From a virus, in IMG/VR virus record IMGVR_UViG_3300031963_011573, positions 42,061 to 106,060 of that record: a DNA stretch of 64,000 nt; one strand, written 5' to 3'. Below the pieces are notes generated by a model. That model was given only the letters and a program-made list of their open reading frames with translations, was not told where the DNA came from and did no database searches. A program made the translations under genes and the position numbers. Below, in pieces: positions 19,353 to 28,857 of the stretch. Each line of letters starts with the position of its first letter. Position 1 is the stretch's first letter.

Positions 19353-19793
19353 ATGGATAACTTTGATTTAAGAAAATATTTAGCTGAAGGTAAATTATAT
19401 GAAGCAGCTATGGCTTGTCCTTTACCTACCCAAGATTTAGAACTTAACACCAAAAATAGAGACTCAGCTATTAAAGCAGATTATATTAAATATGGTCCTT
19501 TAAATGTTGATGAACCTGGAGATTATTGGGACGAATTAGCAGAACATTGGGATACAACAGTTGAAGCTGCTAAACAATCTTTATGTGCAAATTGTGCAGC
19601 ATTTGATATTTCCCCAAGAATGGAAGATTGTATGCCTGGACCATTACAAGATGAAGATGGAAAATTAGGATATTGTTGGATGCATAGTTTTAAGTGCCAT
19701 TCAGCTCGTACTTGTAGGACATGGGCTAAAGGTGGTCCTATTACACAAGATAGTATATCTTATGATTGGCAAGAGCGTAAAGAAAGTGAGTAA
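19353..19793 (+). CDS. Cys-rich metal-binding hypothetical protein
   Basis: CANC...GYC...C...C..W; MDNFDLRKYLAE leader. Confidence 0.6.
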   Translation: MDNFDLRKYLAEGKLYEAAMACPLPTQDLELNTKNRDSAIKADYIKYGPLNVDEPGDYWDELAEHWDTTVEAAKQSLCANCAAFDISPRMEDCMPGPLQDEDGKLGYCWMHSFKCHSARTCRTWAKGGPITQDSISYDWQERKESE

Positions 19794-20049
19794 ACCATAC
19801 ATTGACATAGAAGTTACAGACAAATATATTATTCGTGAGTTTAACGAAAATATAGATCCAATTGAATTAAAATGGCATAGGGATTTAGAGAGTCGTACTG
19901 TTGAAATTTTAGAAGATACAGATTGGAAACTTCAATTAGATAATAGCTTGCCTACCTCACTAAAAGAACATATATTTATACCTGCATTAGAATGGCATCG
20001 TGTAATAAAAGGAACAGGAACATTAAAGTTAAAAATACATAAATTATGA
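19786..20049 (+). CDS. Cupin-like small protein
   Basis: WHRD...FIP..EWHRVIKG; start probably GTG 19786, overlapping the upstream stop. Confidence 0.6.
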   Translation: MSKPYIDIEVTDKYIIREFNENIDPIELKWHRDLESRTVEILEDTDWKLQLDNSLPTSLKEHIFIPALEWHRVIKGTGTLKLKIHKL

Positions 20050-20327
20050 AAAAAACTGATTTAAAAAATACAATCAAAGAGGAAATTAAAAAAGTATTAA
20101 TGGAGGAAACGAGTAGAACATCTATACCTCTTATCCGTGGAGCTCTTAATCAAATAGAAGAGAATGGTAAAATAGAAACTATGAATGCTATGCTTAGAAA
20201 TCTTACAGATGAAGAAGCTAGACAATTCAATTTACTTGTTCAAAAAGGAATAGGAAAAGAAATTAAAAGGATCCCAACTAATTCCCCAGCAGCTGATCCT
20301 CGTTTAACCCCAGGAACAACAGATTAA
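20046..20327 (+). CDS. Small hypothetical protein with MKKTDLKNTIKEE leader
   Basis: ORF track; leader motif. Confidence 0.6.
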   Translation: MKKTDLKNTIKEEIKKVLMEETSRTSIPLIRGALNQIEENGKIETMNAMLRNLTDEEARQFNLLVQKGIGKEIKRIPTNSPAADPRLTPGTTD

Positions 20328-20379
20328 CATTTAGAGCAGATCTATAGCCTGTTCGTTTAAAAAATATTTTTGGAGTTGT

Positions 20380-20408
20380 AGCCCGATCTTTGGATTCGGG
20401 CTTTTTTT
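20380..20408 (+). terminator. Rho-independent terminator
   Basis: AGCCCGA-loop-TCGGGCT followed by a T tract. Confidence 0.75.
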
Positions 20409-20420
20409 ATTATATATTTA
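20389..20420 (+). promoter_or_regulatory. Host-type promoter candidate overlapping the terminator
   Basis: TTTG at 20389, 20-nt spacer, TATATTTA at 20413. Confidence 0.55.
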
Positions 20421-20436
20421 AAACAAAATAAGAGTT

Positions 20437-20910
20437 ATGAATATATTTTATATCAATGAAAATCCGATTATTGCTGCTCGTGAATTAACGGATGATCATA
20501 TTAGAAAAATGCAAATTGAAAGTGCACAAATGTGTAGTACTGCTCATTGGGTAAGTGGTTCAACTGCCCCTTACAAACAATCACATACTAACCACCCATC
20601 AGCAAAATGGACAAGAGAATCTATACAACATTATAGATGGTTAGTTCAACATGGTTTAGAAATATGTGATGAATTTGAAAAACGATATGGTAAAAGACAT
20701 AAAACAAAAGATGTACTTGAATGGTTACAAAATAACGAACCTAATATCCCTGATACCGGATTTGTTAACCCTCCTCAGTGTATGCCCGATCAATATAAAT
20801 TAGAAGATACTGTGGAAGCGTATAAGAATTTTTATGTTAATGACAAGGTAAAAGTAAAAAAATTAGATTGGAAAAAATTAAACAATAAACCAAGATGGAT
20901 AAACGAATAG
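20437..20910 (+). CDS. Pyrimidine-dimer DNA glycosylase family protein (DenV/Pyr_excise-like)
   Basis: MNIFY...DDHIRKMQIESAQM...HTNHPSAKW...PQCMPD.Y...AYKNFY. Confidence 0.75.
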   Translation: MNIFYINENPIIAARELTDDHIRKMQIESAQMCSTAHWVSGSTAPYKQSHTNHPSAKWTRESIQHYRWLVQHGLEICDEFEKRYGKRHKTKDVLEWLQNNEPNIPDTGFVNPPQCMPDQYKLEDTVEAYKNFYVNDKVKVKKLDWKKLNNKPRWINE

Positions 20911-22196
20911 TAATAGTAGGAGCCGGTGTGGCAGGTGTAAATGCTGCAACTAAGTTAGTAGATAATGGATATCCTGGAGAATTAATTACATTAATTGATA
21001 TGGGTAAAGATCCATATAACCGTAAACCTGAAGAAGTAATGACAGGTTTTTTAGGTGCTGGAGGTTGGTCTGATGGTAAATTAACTTACCATACAGCAAT
21101 TGGAGGACAATTATCAAAATACTGTGGTGAGGATAAAGCAATGGAATTAATGGATCAAGTGATTACTAATTTCAAACGTTTTCACCCTAAACCAGAGGAA
21201 GTACAATGCTCAAATCCTGAAGCAGAACCTGAATTTATTAAACCATATTTTGGTTTACGTTTATTTCCTGTATGGCACGTAGGAACAGATTATCTATCTG
21301 AAATTGCTAAAAATTGGTATGATTATTTAGTGTCTAAAGGTGTTAATTTTATTTGGGAAAATAAAGTTCATGATATTAATGCTGAACTTAATTTAGTTCT
21401 TTACTATGATCCAATTACAGCCGTTGGTAAAGGAATTTCATATGATGAACTTATCTTTGCAGTAGGCAAATCAGGCATTGACTTTGCCCAACAATTAGCT
21501 AATAAATATAAACTCCCAGATGAACCAAAATCAGTTCAAATTGGTGTTCGATTTGAGGCACCACAAGAACACTTCCAAAAACTAATCGATATATCATATG
21601 ACTTTAAGTTATATAGAAAATTTGATGATGAAGGTGTTTCGTTACGTTCATTTTGTACAAACAATAATGCAGCTTATGTTGCTGTAGAGGAAACATATGG
21701 AGATCATAGCTACAATGGACATGCAAAGAAAGATGAAGCATATAGAAATAATATGACTAACTTTGGTATCTTAATGGAAATTAATGGTATTGAAGATCCA
21801 TTTAAGTGGTCACGTGATGTAGTAAACAAATTACAATTTAACGGAACAGGTTTATATTATAGTCCATCTCGTACACCTTCAACCACATCAGAAGGTAATA
21901 ACGTAACATCTTTCCAAATTGAATTTTTAGATGGTGTAAGAGAGATAATGGGTGGTTACTTTAAATATGTAGAGGATTTTATTGAAGATATGAAAAAAGT
22001 ATTCCCTACATTAGGAGATGATTGGGGGATTTATATACCTGAGGTAAAATATCTTTCACCTGAGGTTAAAGTAAACTATGAAAACCTTAGTTTGATTGAT
22101 TATCCTAACGTATATTTTGTAGGTGATGCTTTAAGTGCACGTGGTATTACAGTATCAGGAGCCCAAGCGATTTATGTAGCTGAATCATTGCTATAA
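20895..22196 (+). CDS. FAD-dependent oxidoreductase
   Basis: IVGAGVAG Rossmann motif; GAGGWSDGKL; GVRFE; RSFCTN; YFVGD. Confidence 0.85.
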   Translation: MDKRIVIVGAGVAGVNAATKLVDNGYPGELITLIDMGKDPYNRKPEEVMTGFLGAGGWSDGKLTYHTAIGGQLSKYCGEDKAMELMDQVITNFKRFHPKPEEVQCSNPEAEPEFIKPYFGLRLFPVWHVGTDYLSEIAKNWYDYLVSKGVNFIWENKVHDINAELNLVLYYDPITAVGKGISYDELIFAVGKSGIDFAQQLANKYKLPDEPKSVQIGVRFEAPQEHFQKLIDISYDFKLYRKFDDEGVSLRSFCTNNNAAYVAVEETYGDHSYNGHAKKDEAYRNNMTNFGILMEINGIEDPFKWSRDVVNKLQFNGTGLYYSPSRTPSTTSEGNNVTSFQIEFLDGVREIMGGYFKYVEDFIEDMKKVFPTLGDDWGIYIPEVKYLSPEVKVNYENLSLIDYPNVYFVGDALSARGITVSGAQAIYVAESLL

Positions 22197-22214
22197 TATT
22201 TATAATAAAATATA

Positions 22215-22697
22215 ATGGCTAAAATAGTACTTTTAAGTTGCACTAAATCTAAAACACCATATAAAGCACCAGCTCAAGAATTATATTCTGCTTCTCCTAT
22301 GTTTCAAAAAACGTTAGAATATGGGAAAACACTTAAACCTGATAAAATGTTTATTTTATCTGCTAAACATCATTTAGTTAATTTAAACCAAGAGTTAGCT
22401 CCTTATGATTTAACTTTAAAAGATTTTAACAAAGATGAAAAAGAAAGATGGGGTGAAGAAGTTTATAAGGAAATAAAACAACGTGGTATAAATCCTGAAA
22501 AAAATAAATTTATATTTTTAGCTGGAAATGAATATATTAAACCATTATTAAAATATATTCCTGAATCTAATATTGAAAACCCAATGGGTGGTAGAAGATT
22601 TGGTGAGAGACTAAAATGGTTAAACAGCCAATTAAATAAATTACAAGAAGCATTTAATAAAATTAAAAACTACATATATGAAATTCTCCAAAGATAA
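22215..22697 (+). CDS. DUF6884-like protein
   Basis: LLSCTKSK...AQELYS.SPMF...ILSAKH.L....PYD; late motif at 22196. Confidence 0.55.
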   Translation: MAKIVLLSCTKSKTPYKAPAQELYSASPMFQKTLEYGKTLKPDKMFILSAKHHLVNLNQELAPYDLTLKDFNKDEKERWGEEVYKEIKQRGINPEKNKFIFLAGNEYIKPLLKYIPESNIENPMGGRRFGERLKWLNSQLNKLQEAFNKIKNYIYEILQR

Positions 22698-23109
22698 AAT
22701 AAATGAATATATAACATTATATTTAAATGACCTCTCAGATTATGGAGATGATGGAGAACATGAATTAGCAGAGTCTATTTTAAACCCATTTAAATCAACT
22801 ATAGATGAATCCGAAGAGGATGTTTACGGTTTATTAAAAGAAACAGCTAAAAACTCCCCAGAACATAAACAAATTGTAGTAGAATTTTTAGAATATTTAA
22901 AAGAAGTCTCAGGTAATAATAATATTGAAATCAAAAATATAGATTATTATCAACAATTGTTAGATATGAATAGGTATTCTTTATCTCAAAGAAAATATCT
23001 TCAAGGAATTATCAATTATGCTAAAAAACAAAATGGTTTGGTAACTCCAAAACAATTTGATATATTACAACGCCTTAAAACAGGGGATTTCAATTACGGT
23101 AAAAAATAA
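22678..23109 (+). CDS. Hypothetical protein
   Basis: ORF overlapping neighbours, phage-like codon usage. Confidence 0.55.
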   Translation: MKFSKDKINEYITLYLNDLSDYGDDGEHELAESILNPFKSTIDESEEDVYGLLKETAKNSPEHKQIVVEFLEYLKEVSGNNNIEIKNIDYYQQLLDMNRYSLSQRKYLQGIINYAKKQNGLVTPKQFDILQRLKTGDFNYGKK

Positions 23110-23112
23110 TTT

Positions 23113-23643
23113 ATGAAAATAGGTTTTTGTGGAACAATGTCTGTAGGTAAAACCACTTTAGTTAATGCTTTAAAAGAACTACCAGAATTTAACGATTTTT
23201 ATTTTGCAACAGAACGTTCAAAATATTTACGTGATTTAGGTATTCCATTAAATACTGATTCAACAATAAAAGGCCAATTTATATTTTTAGCTGAACGCGC
23301 ATCTGAGTTACTTAGGGATAAAGTCATAACAGATCGCACAGTTATAGATGTAATGGCTTTTACACGTTTAGCTGAATCGATTCCATACTATATAGCAGAT
23401 GAGATATGTCAAGCGGCTTCATATTTAATAGGTGAATATGATTATATATTCTACATTTCCCCTGAAGGTGTAGAAATAGAGGATAATGGTGTTAGAACAA
23501 CAAACTCAGAATATAGAAAAGACGTTGATTTAGAGATTCAAGGTTTGTTAAGAAAATATCCTCATAAAATAAAAAATTTCACAATTTTAACAGGCAATGT
23601 TGAGGAAAGAATACAAAAAGTTAAACAGACGCTATTTTCGTAA
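23113..23643 (+). CDS. NadR/AAA_28-type P-loop nucleotide kinase
   Basis: GTMSVGKTT, ITDRT..D, YDYIFY, EDNGVR. Confidence 0.75.
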   Translation: MKIGFCGTMSVGKTTLVNALKELPEFNDFYFATERSKYLRDLGIPLNTDSTIKGQFIFLAERASELLRDKVITDRTVIDVMAFTRLAESIPYYIADEICQAASYLIGEYDYIFYISPEGVEIEDNGVRTTNSEYRKDVDLEIQGLLRKYPHKIKNFTILTGNVEERIQKVKQTLFS

Positions 23644-23651
23644 TATTTATA
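23643..23651 (+). promoter_or_regulatory. Putative late promoter ATATTTATA
   Basis: Recurrent motif upstream of ATG 23668. Confidence 0.6.
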
Positions 23652-23667
23652 AATAAACTATATTAAA

Positions 23668-24570
23668 ATGAAAAAAACTCGTTTACTTGAAATTATACGT
23701 GAAGAAATATCTAGTGCTCTAAGAGAAGGTGAAGCTGAAGAAAAAGCAGCTAAAGCGGCTGCACTTAAAGCTACTGATTTAGAAATTAAAGCTTTGCAAA
23801 AGAAAAAAGCTGACATGATGAGAACTGGTGTAGCTGAAGCTACACTTGAAGAAGATCTTTTAAATGAAACCCCAATCTATGATGTATCTGACATGGAAGG
23901 TTTTAAATCAGCTTTAGATAAATTTAGAGATGAGAATGTATCAAAAAGTAAAGCTCTTAATCTTTTATTAACTAAATTAGAAGATGAAGGTACAGTTGAT
24001 ACTAATCAATTAAGTAAAGATATGGGGGTTGATACAGCTGCATTCAATAACCAGGAAATTAGAAAATTTTTAAATCGCCCTGAAGATGAATTTTTTGAAA
24101 ATCCTAAAACTGGAGAAGAATTACTTGATTTTACACCATATTTAACTAAAGCAGATAAAAAAAGAGGTAGAGCAGCAGGCGAAAAAACAACTACTGAACC
24201 TAAAATATCAGCTAAATCAAAAAGCACAACATCAACAGGAACTAAAGAACCTAAAAAAGCTACTTTAACTAAAGGGGATGATGGATTTGATGATGTAACT
24301 TACTCTAAACCTGAAACAACTACTAAACCAAAAGCTACAGAAACGGACAAAGCAGATGCTGCTGCTTCTAAAACTCCTAAATTAGATAAATTAGCTAATA
24401 ACCAAGATGCTCTTTTAAAAGCTCAAAAAGAAACCCAAAGTAAAATGAAAGAACTAGCTGGTAAGATTAGAGGAGCTGAAGGGGCTGAAAGAGAAAATTT
24501 AATGGGCGAACTTAAAAAATTAAATAAATTAAATGGAGAAATTCAATCTAAATTGGATAAACTATTTTAA
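23668..24570 (+). CDS. Lys/Glu-rich protein, putative internal head protein
   Basis: MKKTRLLEIIREEI leader; LRE, LEE, LNE sites. Confidence 0.55.
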   Translation: MKKTRLLEIIREEISSALREGEAEEKAAKAAALKATDLEIKALQKKKADMMRTGVAEATLEEDLLNETPIYDVSDMEGFKSALDKFRDENVSKSKALNLLLTKLEDEGTVDTNQLSKDMGVDTAAFNNQEIRKFLNRPEDEFFENPKTGEELLDFTPYLTKADKKRGRAAGEKTTTEPKISAKSKSTTSTGTKEPKKATLTKGDDGFDDVTYSKPETTTKPKATETDKADAAASKTPKLDKLANNQDALLKAQKETQSKMKELAGKIRGAEGAERENLMGELKKLNKLNGEIQSKLDKLF

Positions 24571-24608
24571 TTTATGAAGTTTTTTTACTACTACATTAAC
24601 ATAATCAT

Positions 24609-24643
24609 GTGTCTGCTTTAATATATGGCAGACACTTTTTTTT
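24609..24643 (+). terminator. Rho-independent terminator
   Basis: GTGTCTGC...GCAGACAC followed by T8. Confidence 0.8.
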
Positions 24644-24650
24644 AAAAATT

Positions 24651-25217
24651 ATGACTATAAAAACTAAAATAATACTCGGACTATCAGCTATATTAACAAT
24701 ATGTTTAATAGCATTATATGGTTTATTTAAATTGTATCAACATGAAAAAGAAGAAAGAAAACGATACAATAACAACATGATTGCTCTTGTAGAAGATAAA
24801 AGTAAACAACAATCACTCACGTTAAATGAACTTAAAAAGTTATACCCAAAATATGATTCTTTAGCTAAAGTGCTTAATATCAAAACTAAAAATATTACTG
24901 ATATAGTAGAAACTAGATACCGTTTTAAAGATTCTATTTTAACATCTACTATATTAAAAAAAGATAGTATATCTGAAAAAGCATATTTTGCATTAACTGA
25001 AAAATGTTATAAATTTTCGGGGTTTATTAAAAAAGATTCCATATCATTCACCAATAAAGAATTTAAAGATAATTTAACAACATTTTTATACAAAGATTGG
25101 GAGAAAAAATATTTATGGGGACTGTTAAAATTTAACCCATTTTATACTTCCAAAGTATATAGTGAATGCATGCAAGATACAATTGCAGTCATTAACAATA
25201 TAAAAATTAAAAAATAA
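24651..25217 (+). CDS. N-terminally membrane-anchored coiled-coil protein (spanin-like candidate)
   Basis: Start better placed at ATG 24651 after the terminator; TM segment IILGLSAILTICLIALYGLF followed by a coiled coil. Confidence 0.45.
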   Translation: MTIKTKIILGLSAILTICLIALYGLFKLYQHEKEERKRYNNNMIALVEDKSKQQSLTLNELKKLYPKYDSLAKVLNIKTKNITDIVETRYRFKDSILTSTILKKDSISEKAYFALTEKCYKFSGFIKKDSISFTNKEFKDNLTTFLYKDWEKKYLWGLLKFNPFYTSKVYSECMQDTIAVINNIKIKK

Positions 25218-26809
25218 TGGGCCAAGACCTAAAACAGGCAATAAGAGAAGAATACATAAAATGCGCTTCATCCCCAGCATATTTTATGAAAAGATACTGC
25301 TACATCCAACATCCAAAACGTGGCCGCATTCAATTTAACTTATACCCATTCCAAGAACGCGTTTTAACTTTATTTCAAGAAAATCCATATTCAATTGTTT
25401 TAAAATCTAGACAGCTAGGTATTTCAACACTATCGGCGGGTTATTCTTTATGGTTGATGATGTTTCACCAAGATAAAAATGTACTTTGTATTGCAACAAA
25501 ACAAGAAACTGCTAAAAACATGGTTACAAAGGTTAAGTTTATGTATAATAACTTACCATCTTGGCTTAAATTTCCAAACAAACCAGAAGAAGAAAATAAA
25601 TTAACACTTCGATTACCAAACGGTTCCCAAATTAAAGCAACTTCAGCCTCTAGTGATGCAGGTCGTTCAGAAGCCGTTTCTTTATTGATAATAGATGAGG
25701 CTGCTTTTATTAACAATATAGGTGAGATATGGGCCTCAGCTCAACAAACATTAGCAACTGGTGGTGGTTGTATTGCATTATCTACACCTTATGGTACAGG
25801 TAACTGGTTCCATAAAACATGGGTTGCTGCTGAATTAAGTGAAAATAGCTTTTTACCTATCCGTTTACCCTGGAGTGTGCATCCTGAAAGAGACCAATCA
25901 TGGAGAGACCAGCAAGATGCTGATTTAGGTCCTAAAATGGCTGCTCAAGAATGTGACTGTGATTTTTCCACCTCAGGTGATACTGTATTTTTGGCAGATG
26001 AAATAGAATTTTACGAAAAAACATTTATTACAGACCCAATCGAAAAACGTGGAATTGATCAAAATTTATGGATCTGGGAACCAGCTGATTATTCAAAAAA
26101 CTATTTAATTACAGCGGATGTTGCTCGAGGTGATGGAGCGGATTACTCTACATTTCATATTTTAGATATTGAAACATACAAGCAAGTAGGAGAATATAAA
26201 GGACAAATCAGTACAAAAGATTTTGGACATTTACTGGTTGCAATTGCAACAGAATATAATAATGCTTTACTTGCTCCTGAAAATTCTAGTATAGCTTGGT
26301 CAACTATTCAAACTATCCTTGATAGAGGGTACCATAATTTGTATTATTCACCCAAAAGCAATGCTTTAACAGTTGATAGTTATTTTGACCCATACATGGA
26401 TCATAGTAAAATGACACCTGGATTTACAATGTCCTCAGCTACTAGACCTATTTCAATAGGTAAATTTCAAGAAGCTGTTCGAGATAGAGGTGTTATTATC
26501 CAATCAGCTAGACTGATAGAGGAAATGAAGGTATTTATATGGAGAAATGGCAGACCAGAAGCACAACCTGGATACAATGATGATTTAATTATGGCATTTG
26601 CAATCATGTCTTTTTTACGAGAAACAGCATTTAAACTAAGACAAAATGGTATGGAAATGACCAAAAGTATGCTTAACAGTATCCATACTAATAATACAAC
26701 ATATTCGGGAGGTTATTCAAATGCCCAACCAAATAAATACAATAACAACCCATTTAAAATAGATAACCCTTATTCAAACGGTCAAGAAGATATTTCATGG
26801 CTAATCTAA
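25217..26809 (+). CDS. terL: Terminase large subunit
   Basis: KSRQLGIST Walker A, LIIDEAAF Walker B, STPYG, ADVARG and NDDLIMA nuclease motifs. Confidence 0.95.
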   Translation: MGQDLKQAIREEYIKCASSPAYFMKRYCYIQHPKRGRIQFNLYPFQERVLTLFQENPYSIVLKSRQLGISTLSAGYSLWLMMFHQDKNVLCIATKQETAKNMVTKVKFMYNNLPSWLKFPNKPEEENKLTLRLPNGSQIKATSASSDAGRSEAVSLLIIDEAAFINNIGEIWASAQQTLATGGGCIALSTPYGTGNWFHKTWVAAELSENSFLPIRLPWSVHPERDQSWRDQQDADLGPKMAAQECDCDFSTSGDTVFLADEIEFYEKTFITDPIEKRGIDQNLWIWEPADYSKNYLITADVARGDGADYSTFHILDIETYKQVGEYKGQISTKDFGHLLVAIATEYNNALLAPENSSIAWSTIQTILDRGYHNLYYSPKSNALTVDSYFDPYMDHSKMTPGFTMSSATRPISIGKFQEAVRDRGVIIQSARLIEEMKVFIWRNGRPEAQPGYNDDLIMAFAIMSFLRETAFKLRQNGMEMTKSMLNSIHTNNTTYSGGYSNAQPNKYNNNPFKIDNPYSNGQEDISWLI

Positions 26810-26819
26810 AAATATAAAC

Positions 26820-28712
26820 ATGGCAGATACTAGATTATTCTCAAGATTAAAACGATTGTTTTCAACAGACGTAATCATTCGAAATGAAGGAGGTGAGTTG
26901 AAAGTAATGGATATTAATAAAATCCAACAATCAGGTGATTATGAAACAAATGCCTTAGTTGATAGATTTAACCGAATATACACTAACTCACATACCTCAA
27001 TTTATGGTTACCAAAGCAGCTTTAACTATCAAACTCTACGCCCCACTCTTTACTCAGAATATGATGCTATGGACACAGATGCTATCGTTGCCTCTGCGTT
27101 AGATATTTTAGCTGATGAATGTACTTTACGTAATGATATGGGTGAAGTACTCCAAATTAGAAGTTCAGACGAGGATGTTCAACGTGCTTTATATAATTTG
27201 TTCTATGATGTATTGAACGTTGAATTTAACTTATGGCCTTGGATTCGTAATATGTTGAAATACGGTGATTTCTTTTTAAAACTAGAAATTTCCGAAAAAT
27301 TTGGTGTATATAATGTAATTCCTTACAATGCATTTCATATTGAAAGACAAGACGGATATGATAAAGATCATCCAAATGATATAAGATTCAGATTTGATCC
27401 AGATGGAATTTCATCCCCATCAAATTATGGATACTATAACGTACCAAACTCTGCAAATCAATCAAACGATATATATTTTGACAATTACGAAATGGCTCAT
27501 TTCCGTTTATTAACGGACACTAACTTTTTACCTTATGGTAGATCATATCTTGAACCAGGCCGTAAGTTATTTAAGCAATATACGATGATGGAAGATGCGA
27601 TGTTAATTCACCGTATCGTTAGAGCACCTGAAAAACGTATATTCTCAATTAATGTTGGTAATATTGCTCCTGCTGAAGTAGAAAACTTTATGCAGAAAAC
27701 AATATCCAAAATGAAACGTACTCCATATATTGATCAACAAACAGGTGATTATAACTTAAAGTACAATATGCAAAACTTGCTTGAGGACTTTTACATCCCA
27801 GTTAGAGGAAACGATCAAGCAACCAAAATTGATACTTTAGGTGGTTTACAATACGATGGTATTACAGATGTAGAATATTTAAGAGACAAATTATTTGCTG
27901 CCCTTAAAGTTCCAAAAGCGTTTATGGGGTATGAAAAAGATTTAACTGGTAAGGCAACATTAGCTGCTGAAGACATTCGTTTTGCTCGTACAATTGAACG
28001 CATTCAACGTATTGTTGTATCTGAATTAACTAAAATTGCTCTAGTTCATTTATATACTCAAGGATACACTGATGAGAATTTAACTAATTTTGAACTTTCA
28101 TTAACTACACCTTCAATCATATATGACCAAGAAAGAGTAGCATTGATGAAAGAAAAAACAGAATTAGCTATCTCAATGATAGAAAATAAATTGATGCCTT
28201 CTGATTGGATATATGAAAATTTATTCCATTTAAGTGAAGATCAATACGATGAATATAGAGACTTGATTCTTCAAGATGCTAAACGTAAATTCCGTGTAAC
28301 TCAAATTGAAAACGAAGGTAATGATCCACTTGAAACAGGTAAATCTTACGGTACACCACATGATTTAGCTTCTTTATATGGAAGAGGAAGATATGAAGGC
28401 GAAGTACCTGAAGGATATGATGAAAAAGAACCATTAGGAAGACCAAAAGAAAAAGTAACAGATCGAAACACTCAAGATAGTGTTTTTGGAAAAGATAGAA
28501 TAGGAGCTATAGGAGCTAAAGTAGATGGAGATGAATCAAACTCAACTAAACCAGAATATAAAGGTGGATCTCCATTAGCACTTGAAACTAAAATTAAACG
28601 AAACAAAAATAGTAAAATGTTTAATAACATTAAAAATCAAAAGAAACAAATTATTTTTGAATCGGATATTAGAGGAAATTCATTGTTAGATGAATCACAA
28701 ATACGAGAGTAA
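26820..28712 (+). CDS. gp20: Portal protein (T4 gp20-like)
   Basis: MEDAMLIHRIVRAPEKRIF, EDFYIPVRG, IDTLGG, LFAALKVP. Confidence 0.95.
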   Translation: MADTRLFSRLKRLFSTDVIIRNEGGELKVMDINKIQQSGDYETNALVDRFNRIYTNSHTSIYGYQSSFNYQTLRPTLYSEYDAMDTDAIVASALDILADECTLRNDMGEVLQIRSSDEDVQRALYNLFYDVLNVEFNLWPWIRNMLKYGDFFLKLEISEKFGVYNVIPYNAFHIERQDGYDKDHPNDIRFRFDPDGISSPSNYGYYNVPNSANQSNDIYFDNYEMAHFRLLTDTNFLPYGRSYLEPGRKLFKQYTMMEDAMLIHRIVRAPEKRIFSINVGNIAPAEVENFMQKTISKMKRTPYIDQQTGDYNLKYNMQNLLEDFYIPVRGNDQATKIDTLGGLQYDGITDVEYLRDKLFAALKVPKAFMGYEKDLTGKATLAAEDIRFARTIERIQRIVVSELTKIALVHLYTQGYTDENLTNFELSLTTPSIIYDQERVALMKEKTELAISMIENKLMPSDWIYENLFHLSEDQYDEYRDLILQDAKRKFRVTQIENEGNDPLETGKSYGTPHDLASLYGRGRYEGEVPEGYDEKEPLGRPKEKVTDRNTQDSVFGKDRIGAIGAKVDGDESNSTKPEYKGGSPLALETKIKRNKNSKMFNNIKNQKKQIIFESDIRGNSLLDESQIRE

Positions 28713-28746
28713 CAAATTTTTATATATTTATAAATAAACAAACATT

Positions 28747-28854
28747 ATGGCTTATATTTATAGACATGTTACTTCTGAAAATATTCCTTTTTATATAGGA
28801 ATTGGGAGTGATAAAAAATATAAAAGAGCATACAAATACATTTGGAAAAAATAA
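28747..28854 (+). pseudogene. Collapsed GIY-YIG homing endonuclease remnant (35 aa)
   Basis: MAYIYRHVTSENIPFYIGIGSDKKYKRAYKYIWKK*: the YIY..YIG start is joined to an AYxYxWK end like the NUMOD tails of the intact HEGs. Confidence 0.7.
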
Positions 28855-28857
28855 AAT

